Below, one piece after another: positions 1-8,800 of a stretch of 54,187 bases of DNA. Origin of the DNA: Candidatus Aminicenantes bacterium (lineage in GTDB: Bacteria; Acidobacteriota; Aminicenantia; Aminicenantales; Aminicenantaceae); assembly GCA_004377005.1 (NCBI GenBank), contig SOIV01000051.1, forward strand, positions 1 to 54,187, written 5' to 3'. Below the pieces are notes generated by a model, which was not told the DNA's origin, did not search any database, and was given only the letters and a program-made list of their open reading frames with translations. The position numbers and the translations under genes were made by a program. The first letter of the stretch is position 1. Each line of letters starts with the position of its first letter.

Positions 1-2
1 AG

Positions 3-674
3 TTTGTACTCAAGCCAGAAAAAGTAGCTGATTTTGAGGAGTCATGGAAAGAAGGAATTGGTGAATGCAAAAAACAAAATTATTACTTACCCATCTACGC
101 CTACCTTATGGATGATTTCCGTTTTTATGCCTTTTACCCTATGCCATTATATTCAGGAATTGACGACTTTTTCAATGCATATGCTGAGTTTGTAAAAAAA
201 ATGGGGATGGAAAAACTTCAGAAAATACATGAACGTGAATACGCCTCCATTGATTATTATAAGATGTTTTTAATCCGCTATAGGGCAGACCTTTCCTATG
301 CTCCCGAAAGCCCAAGACTTAAACAAGAGGAGGCAAATTTCATGTACTGGCCTTTCTGTTATGTCCAGCCTGGAAAGGAAAGTGAATTTGAGAAAATCTG
401 CAAGGAATGGGTAGACTTGGATAAAAGCGTAAATAGACCTAATGGATGGGATACATATGTTGGCGATATTGGGACAGATATGCCCTTCTATTTTTGGACA
501 GCACGCGCGAAGAGTGCCGCTGACTTCTGGAGCCAAGATGAAAAATATGTTAAGAAAGTGGGAGAAGAAAAACTCATGAAATTATGGAGCAAAACAATGG
601 CTCTTCTCAGGAAATTTGAGTATAAAACAGGCTGGTTCCGTCCAGACCTTTCTTACATACCCAAAGAAAAGTAG
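3..674 (+). CDS. Hypothetical protein with tandem NIPSNAP-like/dimeric alpha-beta barrel repeats, 5' truncated by the window
   Basis: The frame is open from position 3 (FVLKPEKVADFEESWKE...) into ORF 108..674. The internal repeat VQPGKESEFEKICKEW resembles the first motif. Confidence 0.6.
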   Translation, partial: FVLKPEKVADFEESWKEGIGECKKQNYYLPIYAYLMDDFRFYAFYPMPLYSGIDDFFNAYAEFVKKMGMEKLQKIHEREYASIDYYKMFLIRYRADLSYAPESPRLKQEEANFMYWPFCYVQPGKESEFEKICKEWVDLDKSVNRPNGWDTYVGDIGTDMPFYFWTARAKSAADFWSQDEKYVKKVGEEKLMKLWSKTMALLRKFEYKTGWFRPDLSYIPKEK

Positions 675-771
675 AGAGAGAGCTTGAGCAGATTAAAAAA
701 AATTGATTAAGTACCCGATTCTCAAAGCCGTTTAGAGCAAGAGAATGCATAGGATAAATGACCCCTGGGTT

Positions 772-799
772 GTGTCGCTGAAGATGCATTATATCTACT
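772..799 (+). other. Degenerate XerC/XerD dif-like site
   Basis: GTGTCGCTGAA-GATGCA-TTATATCTACT in an 11-6-11 layout. The spacer is the same as at 10599, and the site is preceded by CCCCTGGG like the variant-C repeats. Confidence 0.5.
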
Positions 800-1019
800 C
801 GCTACCTATAAAATGACTTTTAGAGGGCAAAACAAATTATTGAGGCCAGCGAAGCCGAATAACATAAAATAAATAGAATTATACTCCAGTATTCCATAAG
901 ATTAATCACCCCCCCATGCTAATTTCTTCAAAAAATAACCCCCCAAATCATCTTTAGAGATGATTTACTTCTTGCTAAGATGATTATAGATTAAAAAAGA
1001 ACATGAGAGGAGGAAAAAA

Positions 1020-1532
1020 ATGAAAAAGCTAATTCTTTTTGCATTTATTGTAACATTACTCTTATGGGGGTGCACTTCTTCTGATGGAACGGGAAATTTC
1101 AAACTCTATTTGACAGATCAGCCAATTGATAATGCAGAAGAAATATTAGTCACAATAAGCGAGATAAACGTCCAAAAAGCTGAGGAAGGTTTTTTAACTA
1201 TATGGGAAGGTGATGAAGAATATGATTTGCTCAAATTACAGGAGATAGAAGTTCTTATGCTAAATATTACATTAAAAGAAGGGACATACACTCAAATTAG
1301 ATTAGTTGTAGCCTCAGGGAGGATCAAGATCGAGGGCGAAAAAGACTATGATAACATGACTGTACCCAGTTCAGAGGTAAAAATCCCTGTGATTTTCAAT
1401 GTTATGGATGGTGGTAATACTGAAATAGTTTTAGACTTTGAGGCAGAACACTCGATACATGTGGTATATGCTGGTCAAAGAAAAGAATATAAATTAAGGC
1501 CTGTGATCATAGTAAAAAGCATAACTTATTAG
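1020..1532 (+). CDS. DUF4382-family lipoprotein
   Basis: GAGGAGG RBS, lipobox LWGC, and motifs LYLTDQP, GTYTQIRL, VPSSEVK, VLDFEAEHS, LRPVI. Confidence 0.8.
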   Translation: MKKLILFAFIVTLLLWGCTSSDGTGNFKLYLTDQPIDNAEEILVTISEINVQKAEEGFLTIWEGDEEYDLLKLQEIEVLMLNITLKEGTYTQIRLVVASGRIKIEGEKDYDNMTVPSSEVKIPVIFNVMDGGNTEIVLDFEAEHSIHVVYAGQRKEYKLRPVIIVKSITY

Positions 1533-1829
1533 CGCGATCGTTTAGAAGAAGTACGAGCAGTCACCCCTTCAGACTTTGAAGTCGGTCTCTACGATGTCAA
1601 AGTCATCAATCCTGATGGGCAGAGTGCTTCACTGGCTGACAGGCTTGAGATTACAGGCAGTCCGTCGCCTACTGTAACATCTGTCACACCGACTTCCGGC
1701 TGGAGCGGGGAGGATACCAGGATCACCATCACAGGTGAGGATTATATCTCAACACCCCAAGTTACCATCAGTACTACCCCGGCAAAACTGGAAGCCAAAT
1801 CCCCTAAAGCCCTAGCTTCCCTGGATTGA
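1533..1829 (+). pseudogene. IPT/TIG (Ig-like) repeat fragment with no start codon of its own
   Basis: In frame after the TAG at 1530-1532: RDRLEEVRAVTPSDFEVGLYDVKVINPDGQSASLADRLEITGSPSPTVTSVTPTSGWSGEDTRITITGEDY..., running into repeat R1. Confidence 0.65.
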
Positions 1830-1879
1830 AAAAGGACGCTGAGCGAATTTAAAGCTAATTTCTTTTTCCCGAGAAGATT
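1790..1879 (+). repeat. Hairpin repeat R1 (variant A, leads into a dif-like site)
   Basis: GGAAGCCAAATCCCCTAAAGCCCTAGCTTCC-CTGGATTGAAAAAGGACGCTGAGCGAATT. 35 bp are identical to R4 and the tail is shared with R5. Confidence 0.85.
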
Positions 1880-1907
1880 GCATCGCATAATCGATATTAT
1901 GTTAACT
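1880..1907 (+). other. XerC/XerD dif-like recombination site (best copy)
   Basis: GCATCGCATAA-TCGATA-TTATGTTAACT versus E. coli dif GGTGCGCATAA-TGTATA-TTATGTTAAAT: 22/28 overall, XerD arm 10/11. Confidence 0.85.
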
Positions 1908-2098
1908 TATGACTTCTAAGTAATTGATTATCAAGAAATCAGAAAAATAATGAAATTTGAAAATCCGGAAATTAGTGACTGAAAATCGGGGGATTGCCCC
2001 CATATTTCGTTCTCCTTCATTTGAATCAAATTTTCCTTTGTGCTATAAGTCGAAGAGTTACAGCTCGGGGTCAATATGAATCCAACAAGGAGGGAAAA

Positions 2099-2647
2099 AT
2101 GAAAAAATTATTTATGATTATTCCTCTGATCCTGCTTATTTGTTTTACACTTAACTGCCAAAACCAGGAAGCAATGGCAGAGCTTGAAGAGATAAAAGCC
2201 CAGGCAGAGGTTGAGGCTCAAAATGAGGAACTCATACGTAATTACTTTAAGGAGTTGGACAAAGGAAACGCTGAGATTCTAAAAGAAGTATATACTCCTG
2301 ATGCTGCTTACTACTTTCCATCGGGGATTTCCGAATCCATGTCCGTAGAACATGAAATAGAAATGGTAAAGATGTTTCATAATGCCATCCCTGACCTTAT
2401 CCATAATATTGAAGAATTGTTTTCTGTAGGGGATAGGATTATTGTCAGGTTTGTTGCCAGAGGTACTTACACTGGAGAACTTGAAGAAATGGGTCTTCCT
2501 GCAACAGGTAATAAAGTAGAAGTTAGCTCAATCATTATTTTCCGCATTGAAAATGGAAAAGTTGTAGAGGAAAGACAAGAGGCTGATATGTTAGGTTTTA
2601 TGCAGCAACTCGGCATGGAGCTAAAGCCTAAGGAGGCTGAGAAATAA
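2099..2647 (+). CDS. SnoaL-like ester cyclase / NTF2-fold exported protein (copy 1)
   Basis: AAGGAGG RBS before the ATG at 2099, signal peptide, and motifs AIPDL, GDRIIVRF, GLPATGNKVEV, FRIENGKVVE. Confidence 0.85.
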   Translation: MKKLFMIIPLILLICFTLNCQNQEAMAELEEIKAQAEVEAQNEELIRNYFKELDKGNAEILKEVYTPDAAYYFPSGISESMSVEHEIEMVKMFHNAIPDLIHNIEELFSVGDRIIVRFVARGTYTGELEEMGLPATGNKVEVSSIIIFRIENGKVVEERQEADMLGFMQQLGMELKPKEAEK

Positions 2648-2682
2648 TTACTATATTTGCTTTTCATAGGGTTGAGCCGACT

Positions 2683-2744
2683 GGAAGCCAAATACCCTGA
2701 AGCCCTGGCTTCCCGAAGAGTGAAAAAGACAGGTGAGCGCGATT
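2683..2744 (+). repeat. Hairpin repeat R2 (variant B)
   Basis: GGAAGCCAAATACCCTGAAGCCCTGGCTTCC...GGTGAGCGCGATTAGC. Confidence 0.85.
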
Positions 2745-2770
2745 AGCGTCTCATTGGGAGAGACGCTTTT
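2745..2770 (+). terminator. Putative intrinsic terminator
   Basis: AGCGTCTC-ATTGGGA-GAGACGCT followed by TTT. Confidence 0.45.
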
Positions 2771-2814
2771 AGATTTATAGATTTCTCATTTCTAAAAAAA
2801 ATAAGGAGGACAAA

Positions 2815-3369
2815 ATGAAAAAATCACTCACTCAATTATTCTTAGTAATTTCTCTTTGCTTCTTGCTGTGTTTTAGTATCAGTTGTCAAAATCAGGAAGC
2901 AATGGCAGAGCTTGAAGCGATGAAAGCCCAGGTAGAGGTTGAGGAGCAGAATAAGGCTCTTGTAAATCGTATGTATGAAGCGTTCAGCACAGGAGATTTT
3001 GAGGCTTATAAGGAGATGGTAGCTCCTGAGTATGTTTGGTACTTTCCATCAAGAAGTACTAAACCCGTGTCCCGAGAAGAAACAATAGAATTTGTAAAGA
3101 TGCTTCGTAATGCTTTTCCTGATATTGCTTACAGTATTGAAGAATTAATTGCTGTAGAGGACAGAGTTATATCCAGGTTTATAGTGAGAGGTACTCACGA
3201 AGGAGAATATCAAGGAATCCCTGCGACTGGGAATAAGATTGAAGTTAGTGGGATTGTGATGACCCGCATTGAAAATGGAAAAATTGTAGAGGATAAGGAA
3301 GAATTGGACGCGTTAGGTCTTATGATGTAACTCGAAATGGAACTTAAGCCGAAGGAGGCTGAAAAATAG
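2815..3369 (+). CDS. SnoaL-like ester cyclase (copy 2) with a premature TAA at 3328-3330 removing the last 13 aa
   Basis: Paralog of 2099..2647. After the stop the frame continues LEMELKPKEAEK*, matching the paralog's QLGMELKPKEAEK* (probable CAA>TAA). Confidence 0.8.
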
Positions 3370-3406
3370 TTCCTGTATCTGCTATTTCATAGGATTTGAG
3401 CCAAGT

Positions 3407-3486
3407 GGAAGCCAAAGACCCTAAAGCCTAGGCTCATCCCTAGATAATCAATCCTCCCAGCTTCCTCTATCCCCAGGGGTGAGATT
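3407..3486 (+). repeat. Repeat R3 (variant C, leads into a dif-like site)
   Basis: GGAAGCCAAAGACCCTAAAGCCTAGGC...GATAATCAATCCTCCC...TATCCCCAGGG, shared with 10546-10598. Confidence 0.8.
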
Positions 3487-3514
3487 GTGTCGTCTAAGAT
3501 ACAATTTGTTACGA
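3487..3514 (+). other. Degenerate dif-like site
   Basis: GTGTCGTCTAA-GATACA-ATTTGTTACGA, at the same position after the repeat as the 10599 site. Confidence 0.5.
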
Positions 3515-3749
3515 ATCAGGGCGGAAGCCGGGATATTTATCAATTGCCTCTTAAGGCATCCGCTGTGCCTGCGGGTTCTCCTATACGAATGACGACCTGT
3601 ATTCATTAAGTTTGACTATTTCTTGATTAATTTATATCCTATTCTCGGCAAAGTTAGGGGAATAATGACAACAAAGTGTCCTAATGCTAATCAGATATTG
3701 GAGAGCTGGGCAGAGGAGGAATGGGAAGAGTATACAAAAGGGGGATGTT

Positions 3750-4655
3750 ATGACTGATCAAAAAGATTTGGAATATACTTACACTCTTTTCGACAATATT
3801 TTTCGTCATAGTTATGGCGAAATGGCGGACTTTAGCGGAGCAGTTTATAATGGGGATTTTTCAATGTCCCTTGAACAGGCCCAGAGACAAAAGCATGAAT
3901 TTATTGCTGAAAGTTTAAACATTAAAGAGGGCTCTAGAGTCCTTGACATGGGCTGTGGGTGGGGGCCGTTTTTAAAGTTTATTGAAGAGAGAGGTGCAAA
4001 GGGTATTGGTGTGACATTATCCACTGGACAGGCAGAGGCCTGTATTAAAAATGGATTGGATGTGCATTTCATGGACTGTAGAACAATCAGTCCTGCGACG
4101 TTTGGAAAATTCGATGCAATTGTTTCATTAGGTGCATTTGAACATCATTGCTCCAAAGAAGAATGGAAGGCAGGGAAACAAGACACAATTTATAATAATT
4201 TTTTCAGGGTTGTTTCTGACCTTTTACATGAAGAAAAAAGGTTTTACCTGCAAACCATGACGTTTGGCAAAAACATGATTGATGCTGATGAGATTGATAT
4301 TAATGCGGAAAAAGGTTCCGATGCGCACATATGCGCACTCGTGGAAGGGATTTTCCCTGGTTCTTGGTTGCCTTCTGGCAGGGAACAGATCATAGAAAAT
4401 GTGAAACCTTTTTTTAAATTAATATCCATTAGTAACGGAAGATTGGATTATATAGAAACCCTAAAACAATGGGGAAAGAAATGGAGGGAATTTAGCTTTA
4501 AGAAATACTTGTTTTATTGTACTTTAATCCCAAAATACCTCACAAACAAGAACTTTCGAAAGCGATTAGACTTATCCGGGATAGACCCACACAGATTATG
4601 TTTTGAACGTGAAATTATTGACCACTTAAGGATTGTTTTTGAAAAAGTTTCCTAG
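3750..4655 (+). CDS. Class I SAM-dependent methyltransferase, cyclopropane-fatty-acyl-phospholipid synthase-like
   Basis: Motifs SLEQAQRQK, VLDMGCGWG, GVTLS..Q, FDAIVSLGAFEH, IFPGSWLP, YIETL. Confidence 0.85.
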   Translation: MTDQKDLEYTYTLFDNIFRHSYGEMADFSGAVYNGDFSMSLEQAQRQKHEFIAESLNIKEGSRVLDMGCGWGPFLKFIEERGAKGIGVTLSTGQAEACIKNGLDVHFMDCRTISPATFGKFDAIVSLGAFEHHCSKEEWKAGKQDTIYNNFFRVVSDLLHEEKRFYLQTMTFGKNMIDADEIDINAEKGSDAHICALVEGIFPGSWLPSGREQIIENVKPFFKLISISNGRLDYIETLKQWGKKWREFSFKKYLFYCTLIPKYLTNKNFRKRLDLSGIDPHRLCFEREIIDHLRIVFEKVS

Positions 4656-4669
4656 GGGATGGTCATATA

Positions 4670-4730
4670 GGGGAAACATTACTTAATTTGTTAGAGATTT
4701 GATTATTTTGTAATTAAGTAATGTGTCCCC
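4670..4730. repeat. 19-bp inverted repeat, REP/MITE-like
   Basis: GGGGAAACATTACTTAATT-N23-AATTAAGTAATGTGTCCCC with one mismatch. Confidence 0.75.
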
Positions 4731-4758
4731 TTTTTTTGTGAGGAGGGAAGAAGAGATC

Positions 4759-5865
4759 ATGGGTCATATAAATTCGAAATCAAAGATTTGGGATGAGCTT
4801 CGCAAAAGGTTGGATCGCCATTCCACAGGGCTACCCCGCCACGCAGCCATCGAGCGAATACTCGCCTTGCTTTTCACCAAGGATGAAGCAGAGCTGGCAA
4901 CCGTCTTTCCTCTCACAACGGTTCTGATAGAGGAACTGGTTTCAAAAACCGGACGTAAAGAGGCGGAGTTAATGCCATTGCTGGATTCAATGGCTTCCAA
5001 AGGTCTTGTTATGGAAATCGAGCGTGATAAGCGTACGCATTATTGGCTTTCTGCGGCTTTTCCCGGTTTTTTTGAATACACCTTTATGCGGGTACAAGAG
5101 GGTTTTCCATACCATGAAATGGCAAAACTCTTAGATGATTACTTTAAGCAAAGCGATTTTGCCAAGGAAATAGCGGGTATGAAAACCCAGCGCACCCGGA
5201 CGTTAATCCGTCGTGATGCCATTGGAGATGATTTTATCAGCGAGGTTTTACCCTACGAAACAGCACGCGGTTTGATTGAACAGGTGGATTACGGGAGTCT
5301 GCAGACCTGCTATTGCCGTCACAAGAATGTACATCTAGGAAAAACGTGTTCTCTTGGAGCACCTGTGGACGATATCTGTATGAGTTTTGGAGTTACGGCC
5401 GATTTTCTCATTAAACGCGGTTTTGCTCGCCGCGCAGACCAAAACGAATTGCTCCGCACTCTTGACAGCGCGGAAGAGCTTGGATTAGTTCATGTAGCAG
5501 ACAATTTTCGTGAGAATGTGGTTTTTATGTGTCACTGCTGCGGCTGTTGCTGCGAACTTTTGAAGATGTTAACGAGGAAGCGTATCCATCACGGTATCGC
5601 TCCCACTCGGTTCGTGCCATTGGTTGACAACCAAAAGTGTGTAGGATGCGGAACTTGTGAGGACCGTTGCCAAATCAACGCCATTGAAGTTGGGCCCGAG
5701 GGGATTGCCAATACTAAAGAAAAATGGTGTATTGGTTGTGGAGTGTGCGTTAATTTTTGCACCTCAGAGGCATTATATTTGCAATTGCGACACGAACCGA
5801 TAGTGCCACCCCGGAATCTTCGTGCAATGACATTGAAAATTCTCAAAGAAAAAAAAGAGCAGTGA
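4759..5865 (+). CDS. 4Fe-4S dicluster ferredoxin-domain protein with N-terminal wHTH-like region
   Basis: CYCRH, MCHCCGCCC, CVGCGTCEDRC and CIGCGVCVNFC motifs. AGGAGG RBS. Confidence 0.85.
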   Translation: MGHINSKSKIWDELRKRLDRHSTGLPRHAAIERILALLFTKDEAELATVFPLTTVLIEELVSKTGRKEAELMPLLDSMASKGLVMEIERDKRTHYWLSAAFPGFFEYTFMRVQEGFPYHEMAKLLDDYFKQSDFAKEIAGMKTQRTRTLIRRDAIGDDFISEVLPYETARGLIEQVDYGSLQTCYCRHKNVHLGKTCSLGAPVDDICMSFGVTADFLIKRGFARRADQNELLRTLDSAEELGLVHVADNFRENVVFMCHCCGCCCELLKMLTRKRIHHGIAPTRFVPLVDNQKCVGCGTCEDRCQINAIEVGPEGIANTKEKWCIGCGVCVNFCTSEALYLQLRHEPIVPPRNLRAMTLKILKEKKEQ

Positions 5866-5874
5866 GTCAAATAG

Positions 5875-8800
5875 TTATGACCTCTGGCTTAATATCACAT
5901 CCAATTCGTCCAAATCGCTCTCAATTCCTAATTCTACGAAGAGGCTTCTGGCTTTTCCAAGATATTCTTCAGCACTAATGCCGTTTAGTTGGTGAATCCT
6001 GCTTTTTACCTCTGACATCCTTTTCCCAACCTCCATATAGGTTCGGGAAAGTTCTGGCCGGGCATCGAGTTCCTCCCCATTCGTTATACTCCTCTTCCAC
6101 CATGTGATGGCTTTCTCTTGCTTTCCGATCAGCCAGAAATACACCCCCATCAATCTTAAGGCTTTTGTTTGTTCTGCCGCAAATTTCTTGGAATTTTTTA
6201 AATTTTCTTTTCCAAAATGAAATGCTTTTTTCCGGAGTTGCTTTATCTCTGATTTGTCACCAGAATCTATGGCTTTTTCGAGTTTACAAAGGTTAAGTAA
6301 AAACTGACTTGTTAAATAGCTGCTGATCATAAGAGGGGATATTCGCTTTTCACGCGAAACAGGTTCTGCTGCCTGCAGCAGTGAGCTTTCCGCACCGTCG
6401 AGATCTTTCAGAAGAATTTGCGCATTCGCTCTTATCCCCAAAAGATAGATCACGGATAAGCGTTGGCCAATCTTATTGTTAAGATGAATCATTTTTTCGG
6501 TCTCATCCAGAACATCATATAGTTTTCTGCTTCTCAGGAGAAGTTTTGTATAATAGTGGGATTTTCTGGCTTTGTGGTGGTCATCCTCATAAAGATCTGC
6601 AATTTCCTGAAACTTATCACAGCATTTTTGTGCTGTACGGAAATCCCCGAGTTCCGTTTTTATGAAAGAAAGCATACCTGCATAGCCTGGTGCATGCCAG
6701 GTTTCTCCCTTCAACATCATAGTGTCTATTAATTCTTCGTCGAACTCCTGTTCTTTGCTCCAATCTCCAGACAGGTATTCGCAAACCAGTTTCCAAAAAT
6801 CGTAGGCAAAGAGAGTTCTATCATCACATTTATCTAAGTAAGGCTTAAAATAACCTAATATTTTTTTCCCAATTTTCAGTGAAACCCCTGAATACGAAAA
6901 GAGAGCGCTAAATCCTGACAGGAAAGCTAATCCGTGCTCCATCTCTGTTAGATTAAACTTACCAACTCTCCTGAACAGCCCGATAGCTTCTGTAAACATC
7001 CTGTATGTATCTATGGAAATAAGTGCCATAACCTTTCGGTAACTTGTTTCCATGATGTCGTTTTCTTCTTTCCCGGGAGTTCTTTTTCTCTTTTTTGAGG
7101 GGAAATTGATCTCCTTCATCATCCACAATAAGTCAATTAAGAGCTTGAAACGGGCTTTGATCTCACTCTTCGGTCTTTTAAGCCCCCAGTATTCTAACGC
7201 TTTATCAAAATGCTCGACGGACTCAGCAAAATGACCTTTATAATAAAAAGCCATCCCAATATTTTTTTGGAGGCTGGCAATCTTTTCCGGGCTTACAGCA
7301 TCTCCAAATTTCCTGAGATAAAGCTCCATGGCATCCTGAAAATAATTCAGAGCTTCGTTTGATGCGGCTGCCTTCAACGCCTCCTCTCCAGCTTTGAGTA
7401 GAAATTCCTCTGCCTTCTCCATTTCGTCTGCGCGGCTGTAATGGAAGGCCAGCATACCGTAAAATTCGTGGAGTCTTTCACAAAATACGGATTCAATAGA
7501 ACGAGCCACATCAAGATGCAGTTGTTTCTTTTTTTTGAGAAGGATGGAATTATAAACAGCATCCCAGGCAAGGGCATGCTTAAACAGGTACTCTAGCTCC
7601 TTCATCCTTCGTCGCTCTTTGATGAGCTGAACTTCTTTTAAATGTTCAAGCCTGTCATCGATTTCTTCGACTCTCCTTGCCACTTCCGCCAGGATCTTGT
7701 AGAAGAAATTTCTACCGATAACGGATGCGATTTTCAGCAGGGATTTTGTCTGTTCTTCCAGCTTGTCAACACGTGCCATTATGACATCATTTATGGTCTC
7801 GGGGATGACCACTGAATCGATTTTTTCAGTCACTCTGAAATGGCCGTTCTCAATTTCCACAACTCCGTCATCGATGAATGATCGAGCTACCTCTTCAATG
7901 AAAAAGGGATTGCCCTCCGCCCTGCGTGCAATGAGTTCTCTTATACGGATCGGAAGAGCTTCCACATTGAGAAGATTTCCGATTAGGGCTTCACTCTGAC
8001 TGCCGTCCAGAGGCTCCAAATTTATTTCAGTGGAATAGTCTGAATACCTGTTCCGGATGGTTCTTAAGATTCGCTCGCCCGTTCCATAATCCGGCCGCAG
8101 CACATTGATAAACAGAATGCTGTTGCTTTCTGCCAATCTATAAAGGGATTCAAACAAATCAACAGAGGTTAAGTCAGCCCAGTGAAGATCTTCGAGGACA
8201 AAAACCAGGGGTTTGGTGACTGATGCCCTAGCGATAAGATCACGAAAGTTTTTCAGGATGAGTTTTTCCAGGGCATCTCCCTCTATTCCCTTAACCCTCT
8301 CTGCATATTTTCCCGTTAGTTTTATCCCCATCAGGGTCGCAATAAAAGGAAAAATCTCTGACACTCCCTCCGGAAACACATTCCTGATGACTTTTTCGAT
8401 TTTCTGAGCAGAAGCGTCCGGAGGATCCTCTTCTTTTATCAGAGCCCAACTTTTCAAAATGTCTATAATAGGATGAAAGCTCAGGTTTGAACCGATGGAT
8501 AAAGCCCTTCCTCTAAGCAGAGTAACTTTCTTCAATTCATCTCTTCTACTCAACTCTGCAACCAGACGAGATTTTCCGATGCCGGCTTCCCCGATCACAT
8601 TCACAACCGATCCTTCCCCATTAATGGCTTTGAGTACATGCAGCTTGAGCTTGTTCAGTTCCTTTTCCCTGCCCACCATTTCGGAGTAGATCATCCGTTC
8701 CGCTCCCAAACGGGCTCTGTACACTCTCTCCTTAACTGATAAAAGTCTGAATACAGTGACAGGTTCAGTCCTGCCTTTTAGTGAGACGGACTCTAAGGTT

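Noticed and set aside
857-868. Minus-strand TTATGTTATT resembling a XerD arm
   Set aside because: No XerC-like arm at the correct spacing.
1994-2098. Upstream extensions in the ORF track (also 3684, 4723, 11889, 16575, 40284, 47983)
   Set aside because: Downstream ATGs have better RBS, signal peptide or domain boundaries.
1790-3430. Repeats as a CRISPR array
   Set aside because: Spacing is gene-sized and irregular, and there are no cas genes.
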